From positions 1-50,932 of the forward strand of contig JAUCBJ010003018.1 in assembly GCA_032718475.1 (NCBI GenBank): DNA of 50,932 bases, written 5' to 3'. Positions 38,701 through 47,834 of this stretch are shown here, in pieces. The notes below the pieces were generated by a model. The model did no database searches. It saw only the letters and a list, made by a program, of their open reading frames with translations, and was not told where the DNA came from. This DNA is from Nemertoderma westbladi (Eukaryota; Animalia; Xenacoelomorpha). The position numbers and the translations under genes are program-made. Position 1 is the stretch's first letter, and every line of letters begins with the position of its first letter.

Positions 38701-41700
38701 GCCCCTTTACTAACTGTTCTATGTGACCCCTTTACTAACTGTTCTATGTGGCCCCTTACTAACTGTTCTATGTGGCCTCTTTACTAACTGTTCTATGTGA
38801 CCACTTTACTAACTGTTCTATGTGGCCCCTTACTAACTGTTCTATGTGGCCCCTTTACTAACTGTTCTATGTGGCCCCTTTACTAACTGTTCTATGTGGT
38901 CCCTTTACTAACTGTTCCATGTGGCCCCTTACTAACTGTTCCATTTGGCCCCTTTACTAACTGTTCTATGTGGCCCCTTTACTAACTGTTCTATGTGGTC
39001 CCTTTACTAACTGTTCTATGTGACCCCTTTACTAACTGTTCTATGTGGCCCCTTACTAACTGTTCTATGTGACTCCTTTACTAACTGTTCTATGTGACCC
39101 CTTTACTAACTGTTCTATGTGACCCCTTTACTAACTGTTCTATGTGGCCCCTTTACTAACTATTCTAAGAGGCCCCTTTACTAACTGTTCTATGTGACCC
39201 CTTTACTAACTGTTCTATGTGGCCCCTTACTAACTGTTCTATGTGACTCCTTTACTAACTATTCTAAGAGGCCCCTTTACTAACTGTTCCACGTGGCCCC
39301 TTTACTAACTGTTCTATGTGGCCCCTTACTAACTGTTCTATGTGACTCCTTTACTAACTGTTCTATGTGGCCCCTTTACTAACTATTCTAAGAGGCCCCT
39401 TTACTAACTGTTCTATGTGACCCCTTTACTAACTGTTCTATGTGGCACTTTACTAACTGTTCTATGTGGTCCCTTTACTAAATGTTCTATGTGGCCCCTT
39501 TACTAACTATTCTAAGAGGCCCCTTTACTAACTGTTCTATGTGACCCCTTTACTAACTGTCCTATGTGGCACTTTACTAACTGTCCTATGTGGCCCCTTA
39601 CTAACTATTCTAAGAGGCCCCTTTACTAACTGTTCCACGTGGCCCCTTTACTAACTGTTCTATGTGGCCCCTTACTAACTGTTCTATGTGACTCCTTTAC
39701 TAACTGTTCTATGTGGCCCCTTTACTAACTATTCTAAGAGGCCCCTTTACTAACTGTTCTATGTGACCCCTTTACTAACTGTTCTATGTGGCACTTTACT
39801 AACTGTTCTATGTGGTCCCTTTACTAAATGTTCTATGTGGCCCCTTTACTAACTATTCTAAGAGGCCCCTTTACTAACTGTTCTATGTGACCCCTTTACT
39901 AACTGTCCTATGTGGCACTTTACTAACTGTCCTATGTGGCCCCTTACTAACTGTTCTATGTGGCCCCTTTACTAACTGTTCTATGTGGTCCCTTTACTAA
40001 CTGTTCCATGTGGCCCCTTTACTAACTGTTCTATGTGGCCCCTTACTAACTGTTCCATTTGGCCCCTTTACTAACTGTTCTATGTGGCCCCTTTACTAAC
40101 TGTTCTATGTGGTCCCTTTACTAACTGTTCTATGTGGCCCCTTTACTAACTATTCCAAGAGGCCCTTTTACTAACTGTTCTATGTGACCCCTTTACTAAC
40201 TGTTCTATGTGGTCCCTTTACTAACTGTTCCATGTGGTCCCTTTACTAACTGTTCTATGTGGTCCCTTTACTAACTGTTCCACGTGGCCCCTTTACTAAC
40301 TGTTCTATGTGGCCCCTTACTAACTGTTCTATGTGACTCCTTTACTAACTGTTCTATGTGGCCCCTTTACTAACTATTCCAAGAGGCCCTTTTACTAACT
40401 GTTCTATGTGACCCCTACACTAACTGTTCCACGTGGCCCCTTTACTAACTGTTCTATGTGGCCACTTTACTAACTGTTCTATGTGGCCCCTTTACTAACT
40501 GTTCTATGTGGCCCCTTTACTAACTATTCTAAGAGGCCCCTTTACTAACTGTTCTATGTGGCCCCTTTACTAACTGTTCTAGGTGGCCCCTTTACTAACT
40601 GTTCTATGTGGCCACTTTACTAACTGTTCTATGTGACCCCTTTACTAACAGTTCTATGTGACCCCTTTACTAACTGTTCTATGTGACCCTTTACTAACTG
40701 TTCTATGTGACCCCTTTACTAACAGTTCTATGTGACCCCTTTACTAACTGTTCTATGTGACCCTTTACTAACTGTTCTATGTGGCCCCTTTACTAACTGT
40801 TCTATGTGGCCCCTTTACTAACTGTTCTATGTGGCCACTTTACTAACTGTTCTATGTGACCCCTTTACTAACTGTTCTATGTGGCCCCTTACTAACTGTT
40901 CTATGTGGCCCCTTTACTAACTGTTCTATGTGGCCCCTTTACTAACTGTTCTATGTGGCCCCTTTACTAACTGTTCTATGTGACCCCTTTACTAACTATT
41001 CTATGTGGCCCCTTACTAACTGTTCTATGTGGCCCCTTTACTAACTGTTCTATGTGGCCCCTTTACTAACTGTTCTATATGGCCCCTTTACTAACTGTTC
41101 TATGTGGCCCCTTTACTAACTGTTCTATGTGACCCCTTACTAACTGTTCTATGTGGCCCCTTACTAACTGTTCTATGTGGCCCCTTTACTAACTGTTCTA
41201 TGTGGCCCCTTTACTAACTGTTCTATGTGACCCCTTTACTAACTGTTCTATGTGACCCTTTACTAACTGTTCTATGTGGCCCCTTTACTAACTGTTCTAT
41301 GTGACCCTTTACTAACTGTTCTATGTGGCCCCTTTACTAACTGTTCTATGTGGCCCCTTTACTAACTGTTCTATGTGGCCCCTTTACTAACTGTTCTATG
41401 TGGCCACTTTACTAACTGTTCTATGTGACCCCTTTACTAACTGTTCTATGTGACCCTTTACTAACTGTTCTATGTGGCCCCTTTACTAACTGTTCTATGT
41501 GGCCCCTTTACTAACTGTTCTATGTGACCCCTTACTAACTGTTCTATGTGGCCCCTTACTAACTGTTCTATGTGGCCCCTTTACTAACTGTTCTATGTGG
41601 CCCCTTTACTAACTGTTCTATGTGGCCCCTTTACTAACTGTTCTATGTGACCCCTTTACTAACTATTCTATGTGGCCCCTTACTAACTGTTCTATGTGGC

Positions 41701-43934
41701 CCCCTTTACTAACTGTTCTATGTGGCCCCTTTACTAACTTTTCTATGTGACCCCTTTACTAACTGTTCTATGTGGCCCCTTTACTAACTGTTCTATGTGA
41801 CCCCTTACTAACTGTTCTATGTGGCCCCCTTTACTAACTGTTCTATGTGGCCCCTTACTAACTGTTATATGTGGCCCCTTACTAACTGTTCTATGTGGCC
41901 CCTTTACTAACTGTTCTATGTGACCCCTTTACTAACTGTTCTATGTGGCCCCTTTAACTGTTCTATGTGACCCCTTTACTAACTATTATATGTGGCCCCT
42001 TTACTAACTTTTCTATGTGACCCCTTTACTAACTGTTCTGTGTGGCCCCTTTACTAACTGTTCTATGTGACCCCTTTACTAACTGTTCTATGTGACCCCC
42101 TTACTAACTGTTCTATGTGGCCCCCTTTACTAACTGTTCTATGTGGCCCCTTTACTAACTTTTCTATGTGACCCCTTTACTAACTGTTCTGTGTGGCCCC
42201 TTTACTAACTGTTCTATGTGACCCCTTTACTAACTGTTCTATGTGGCCCCTTTACTAACTGTTCTATGTGACCCCTTACTAACTGTTCTATGTGGCCCCT
42301 TACTAACTGTTCTATGTGACCCCTTTACTAACTGTTCTATGTGACCCCTTTACTAACTGTTCTATGTGACCCCTTTACTAACTGTTCTATGTGGCCCCTT
42401 TACTAACTGTTCTATGTGGCCCCTTACTAACTGTTCTAAGTGACCCCTTTACTAACTGTTCTATGTGGTCCCTTTACTAACTGTTCTATGTGGCCCCTTT
42501 ACTAACTGTTCTATGTGGCCCCTTTACTAACTGTTCTATGTGACCCCTTTACTAACTGTTCTATGTGACTCCTTTACTAACTGTTCTATGTGGCCCCTTT
42601 ACTAACTATTCTAAGAGGCCCCTTTACTAACTGTTCTACGTGACCCTTTACTAACTGTTCTATGTGACCCCTTTACTAAATGTTCTATGTGGCCCCTTTA
42701 CTAACTATTCTAAGAGGCCCCTTTACTAATTGTTCTATGTGACCCCTTTACTAACTGTTCTATGTGACTCCTTTACTAACTGTTCTATGTGGCCCCTTTA
42801 CTAACTATTCTAAGAGGCCCCTTTACTAACTGTTCTACGTGACCCTTTACTAACTGTTCTATGTGACCCCTTTACTAAATGTTCTATGTGGCCCCTTTAC
42901 TAACTATTCTATGTGGCCCCCTTACTAACTGTTCTATGTGGCCCCTTTACTAACTGTTCTATGTGACCCCTTTACTAAATGTTCTATGTGACCCCTTTAC
43001 TAACTATTCTATGTGGCCCCTTACTAACTGTTCTATGTGGCCCCCTTTACTAACTGTTCTATGTGACCCCTTACTAACTGTTCTATGTGGTCCCTTTACT
43101 AACTGTTCTATGTGACCCCTTTACTAACTGTTCTATGTGGCCCCTTACTAACTGTTCTATGTGGCCCCCTTTACTAACTGTTCTATGTGACCCCTTTACT
43201 AACTATTCTATGTGGTCCCTTTACTAACTGTTCTATGTGGTCCCTTTACTAACTGTTCTATGTGACCCCTTTACTAACTGTTCTATGTGGCCCCTTTACT
43301 AACTGTTCTATGTGGCCCCCTTTACTAACTGTTCTATGTGACCCCTTACTAACTGTTCTATGTGGTCCCTTTACTAACTGTTCTATGTGACCCCTTTACT
43401 AACTGTTCTATGTGGTCCCTTTACTAACTGTTCTATGTGACCCCTTTACTAACTATTCTATGTGGCCCCTTTAACTGTTCTATGTGGCCCCTTTACTAAC
43501 TGTTCTATGTGACCCCTTTACTAACTGTTCTATGTGGCCCCTTTACTAACTGTTCTATGTGACCCCTTTACTAACTATTCTATGTGGCCCCCTTACTAAC
43601 TGTTCTATGTGGCCCCCTTACTAACTGTTCTATGTGGCCCCTTACTAACTGTTCTATGTGGCCCCTTTACTAACTGTTCTATGTGGTCCCTTTACTAACT
43701 GTTCTATGTGACCCCTTTACTAACTATTCTATGTGGCCCCTTTACTAACTGTTCTATGTGACTCCTTTACTAACTGTTCTATGTGGCCCCTTTACTAACT
43801 ATTCTAAGAGGCCCCTTTACTAACTGTTCTACGTGACCCTTTACTAACTGTTCTATGTGGCCCCTTTACTAACTGTTCTATGTGACCCCTTACTAACTGT
43901 TCTCTGTGGCCCCCTTACTAACTGTTCTATGTGA
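23783..43934. repeat. ~20.1-kb satellite of 25-bp units (24- and 22-bp variants, ~800 copies): last 12 nt of exon A plus 13 nt of donor/intron
   Basis: Unit CCCCTTTACTAACTGTTCTATGTG(G/A), which is (T/C)CACATAGAACA|GTTAGTAAAGGGG on the minus strand. The array ends inside exon A at 43934. Confidence 0.98.
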
Positions 43935-44050
43935 TCTCGTTGGAATACTGCTGTAAAGTAATTCGGTTCCTCAGGAAAGATTCCGTCCTCCATTTTAAAA
44001 GGATGTGGGATTCTGTCAAACCAGTTCTCAGCTGGTATAATATCGTTTAC
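43923..44050 (-). CDS. ANO: Anoctamin exon A (128 nt, VNDIIPAENWFDRIPHPFKMEDGIFPEEPNYFTAVFQRDHIE[Q])
   Basis: ttctatag acceptor, gttagt donor, open frame with FTA.F.R motif. The split codon CA|A joins exon B in frame. Confidence 0.9.
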
Positions 44051-44400
44051 CTATAGAATAAAATTATAATAAAGGAATGAATACATTATATAATATTTGA
44101 ACTACTTATAATAGTTAATAATAATAATAATAGTAACTACTTATCTATATAATACAGTAAATATTAGAGTACAATAAATTAATTATGATAATATATTAGA
44201 ATATAGACTTGAATCTATGAAAATATTAATTAAGTAGTTTAATTAAATTAATCAAGAAAGTTATTAAAGTATAAAAACGTTACCGGTAGGTACTATGTAT
44301 GTACAGCAGCAGCAGCACCACAAATGCAACCAAGGCGTTACGTACAATCTGTGCAGTCAGCTGATCGCTAGGTTTCGTCCAACGCAGGTGGCTTTCGGGT

Positions 44401-44605
44401 GTTTGAAAAAGGTGGACTGGACACAGAAAACATGGACAGACCAATCACGGGCGATTTGCGTCACACAGCATGTCCACTTTTTCAGCTTAGTTGTCCACCT
44501 TTTTCCAATTTGAATAAGGTGGACTGGGTTGAGAAAGAACAGGCAATGAATTGACCAATCAGATTGATTTGCACATTATAGCTGCTCTGTCCACGTTTTT
44601 CAAAA
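44401..44605. repeat. Two adjacent ~100-bp inverted-repeat units (MITE-like)
   Basis: TTTGAAAAAGGTGGAC...GTCCACCTTTTTCCAA and TTTGAATAAGGTGGAC...GTCCACGTTTTTCAAA, each with an internal GACCAATCA. Confidence 0.55.
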
Positions 44606-45674
44606 AATTTCAGAAGGTTTTTATGGATTATTATTGTTATTATTATCCCATACTTACTGTGAACAACCAGCCAACCGAAGTTGTCGAAATAGGCCTAGTT
44701 CAATAATATGGGGCGAGCCACGCGAAGTCTGTGAGCTGAGCCTTACAGCCTTAGCATCAATATTGGAACGTCAACATTCTAACTCATTACAGTATAAAGT
44801 TAATTATAATAACTACCTATTGTACTGTGAGGAGGGAAATATAATATGCTTTATTTACCGTTCATCCCTGTTATTAAACGACAGAGCGCAGCGAGGGAGG
44901 TAAATAAGTCCCCATATGTTGGGAGTGGCGGTCCGAAACCCTAATTCAAAGTGGAAATGGAGGCCCAAAACCTTATTAAAACTGTCATGTAACCAACCCC
45001 TATATGGAATATTGAAAAAGCGCGCCACACGGGTTCTGGTAAAACGAAAAGCGCGCCAGCCATGACATCAGCATTCAATTCAGCATTCACCATGAAATTT
45101 TGCAATTATTAGGTACTGTCTGACTGTATTATATATATTGTAATAATTTATCAGTTTATACTGCAGCAGACCTACAGTCTGACAGTATTATAATATTAAA
45201 AGGCGAGGGAGAGCGTAGCGAGCAAAGACAATTTGCAGATATATTAAGATTAATACAGTATTAGTCAGATAGTACATAGTAGGTCAAGCGATTGTTTTTA
45301 AATATAGATGTGATTAAATTGCGAGCGTAGCGAGCAAGAAAATTTTAAAATTTATAGTAGGCCAACGAACTGTTTTGAAATACAGAATGTGATTATGGAT
45401 TATACATTGAGAGCGTAGCGAGCATGATAATGTGGATTTATATTGGTTTGAACACACTCATGCTCATTGAACACACTCATACAACTCATGTAGGGCTTCT
45501 AATGTTACTCATGTAATTTGCTTCAGCCTGTCATGTGGGTTTACCGGCGACAATTTAAAAAAATGCCTACTACTAAATAACTGCTGAACTGTTTATTATT
45601 ATTATTTATTTCGTCGTTAATCTGATAACTTTGAGTATTTTTTTTGGTTTATTTATTGATGATATTTGTTAGCT

Positions 45675-46823
45675 ATGACATCGCGAAGGTTATCCACACC
45701 GTATCAGACGATAAGGCGACAAACTTTGGACGGGAGACCCGTTAATGGCAAGACTACCGTTACCCGTTCTGGCCAAAAGGATACTGTCGGAAACGTTCAG
45801 ACTCAGGAAACTCCGCCTCGCGCTGATGGCCTGCACGAAATAGAGGTTCAATGCTCTGGTTCCAGCTGTGATATTGCAATGATATGTATCACAGCACCCG
45901 GCGTTGATTTCGGCAGCGTAGAATTCTATTGTGGGAAGTGCGTCGCCAAACACGTCTGTAGAATCACTGACAATGCTGATACGATTAGTAAACTTAAGGA
46001 AGAGATCTCTCGGCTCTCCGAGAAAATTAATAATACAGAAACTCGTCTAGGTACTCTTAATAGTAGGGTAACCGATCATCGCACAGAGCTCGAGGATAAA
46101 CTGGAAACCCTGCAGGAAGTAGTGGATTCGCATGCAGTTTCCCGTGATAACAGCAGTGAGTGTGAGAGTATCATTGAAGTTGATAACCAAAACGTACAGT
46201 TTTCCCAGAAATCTGCTGAGGCAGACTATAACGGGCAATGGAAAAAAGTTTTTTCTTCCAAAAGGCGCCATGCAACACCGAGGACTAGAGGAACGAGTAC
46301 ACAGGATAACGTAGCTCTACTTTCTCAGAGGATCAGACATGAGAACTCTGAGCATGATCGCCGAAAAAACAATATTACAATCAGCGGTTTACCGTCGTCC
46401 CCCCATGCGGAAACAGATAAAACTATTCGGGAAATAGCGGCCGAACTTAACGTGTCGATTAGCGATCGTGATTTGACACACCGGCAAGTCGGTAAAACTG
46501 TAGTAGGTATAGCCCCACGAATAGTCGTCACCCTGCCCTCTGATAAGAGGGCCGAACTCATTAAACGCGCAAAAAATCTTCGTCTATCGCAGCGGTTCTC
46601 TACAGTCTATATCTCTCCCGATTATACTCCTGAAGAGGCAGCATTGCGTTTCAGTCTACGTCAGAAACGTCGCGCTCTTACAGCTTCCGACCAGTCCAAA
46701 AAGTGGGTTATTTATGGCGATGAAGTACGCGATGTAGCAACACTGCCAAAGCACCCCACAAACAATAGCACTCAGCCCAACGACAGTAACGCCAATGTTA
46801 TTCCTGCGGAAGCGTTGGATTGA
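45675..46823 (+). CDS. LINE ORF1 protein (Cys cluster/PHD-like, coiled coil, RRM-like and C-terminal domain)
   Basis: C...C....C....FYCGKC, coiled coil ISKLKEEISRLSEKIN..., RRKNNITISGLP and VYISPDYTPEE, typical of CR1-group ORF1. First ATG is at 45675; the track uses an upstream TTG. Confidence 0.8.
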   Translation: MTSRRLSTPYQTIRRQTLDGRPVNGKTTVTRSGQKDTVGNVQTQETPPRADGLHEIEVQCSGSSCDIAMICITAPGVDFGSVEFYCGKCVAKHVCRITDNADTISKLKEEISRLSEKINNTETRLGTLNSRVTDHRTELEDKLETLQEVVDSHAVSRDNSSECESIIEVDNQNVQFSQKSAEADYNGQWKKVFSSKRRHATPRTRGTSTQDNVALLSQRIRHENSEHDRRKNNITISGLPSSPHAETDKTIREIAAELNVSISDRDLTHRQVGKTVVGIAPRIVVTLPSDKRAELIKRAKNLRLSQRFSTVYISPDYTPEEAALRFSLRQKRRALTASDQSKKWVIYGDEVRDVATLPKHPTNNSTQPNDSNANVIPAEALD

Positions 46824-46831
46824 CTACTTGT

Positions 46832-47834
46832 TGCTGCGTCGCCAACGACTCCGGTGGGCGCCACTGCATCGCCCATGACTCTGGCTGGTGCCACTGCATC
46901 ACCCACGACTACGGCAGGCACCACTATGTCCCCCACTACTCCAGTGGGCGCCACTGCATCGCCCATGACTTCGGCGGGCGTCACTGCGTCGCCCACAACT
47001 CCGGCGGGCGCTACTGCGTCGGCCACTATTCCTGCGGGCGCCACTGCGGCGCCCACGACTCCGGTGGGCACCACTGCGTCTCCCACGACTACGGTGGGCG
47101 CCACTATGTCCCCCACTACTCTAGCGGGTGCCACTGCGTCGCCCATGACTCCGGTGGGTGTCACTGCATCACCCATGACTCCGGCGGGCGCTACTGCATC
47201 GGCCACGACTCCTGCGGGCGCCACTGCGTTGCCCACGACTCCGGCGGGCGCCCCTGCATCGCCCATGACTCCGGCGGGTGCTACTGCGTCGGCTACGACT
47301 CCTGCGGGCGCCACTGCGTCACCCATGACTCTGGTTGGCGCCACTGCGTCGGCCACTACTCCTGCGGGCGCCACTGTGTCGCCCACGACTCCGGCGGGCG
47401 TCACTGCATCGCCCATGACTCCGGCGTGCGTCACTGCGTCGCCCATGACTCCGGCGGGCGCTACTGTGTCGGCTACGACTCCTGCGGGCGCAACTGCGTC
47501 GCCCACGACTCCGGCGGGCGCCCCTGCATCGCCCACGACTCCGGCGGGCATCACTGCGTCGCCCACGACTCCGGCGGGCGCTACTGCATCGGCCACGACT
47601 CCTGCGGGCGCCACTGCGTCGCCCATGACTCTGGTTGGCGCCACTGCGTCGGCCACTACTCCTGCGGGTGCCACTGCGTCACCCACGACTCCGGCGGGCG
47701 TCACTGCATCGCCCACGACTCCGGCGGGCGTCACTGCGTCGCCCACGACTCCGGCGGGCGCTACTGAGTCGGCCATGACTCCTGCGGGTGCCACTACGTC
47801 GGCCACTACTCCGGCGGGCGCAACCGCGTCGCCG
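46832..47834 (+). repeat. 30-bp GC-rich coding minisatellite (~33 copies) encoding (TTPAGATASP)n
   Basis: Unit ~ACGACTCCGGCGGGCGCCACTGCGTCGCCC, frame preserved throughout. Confidence 0.95.

Larger units (their letters stand above)
12214..44050 (-). other. ANO: Span of the identified part of a spliced anoctamin/TMEM16 gene (5' and 3' exons not found in the window)
   Basis: Nine GT-AG-bounded exons with consistent phases. Translation gives hallmark motifs [62 protein letters not shown] and [30 protein letters not shown]1-7-type; the exact paralog cannot be assigned. Confidence 0.93.

Noticed and set aside
19946-43934. CRISPR array interpretation of the 50-bp and 25-bp repeats
   Set aside because: Units are head-to-tail with no unique spacers, there are no cas genes, the context is a eukaryotic spliced gene, and the units derive from exon ends.
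23783-43934. TACTAAC branch-point consensus in every 25-bp unit
   Set aside because: It lies on the strand antisense to the gene and is simply the reverse complement of the donor GTTAGTA. There is no evidence for a plus-strand transcript.
19946-43934. Recursive-splicing ratchet points, or a common origin of the 25- and 50-bp arrays
   Set aside because: Units lack a polypyrimidine tract with AG|GT on the sense strand. The two units share no sequence, so the 1:2 length ratio looks coincidental.
23783-43934. Telomeric or centromeric satellite
   Set aside because: The unit matches the local exon A junction and is flanked by in-phase exons. It is not a TTAGG/TTAGGG repeat. A centromeric role cannot be assessed from sequence.
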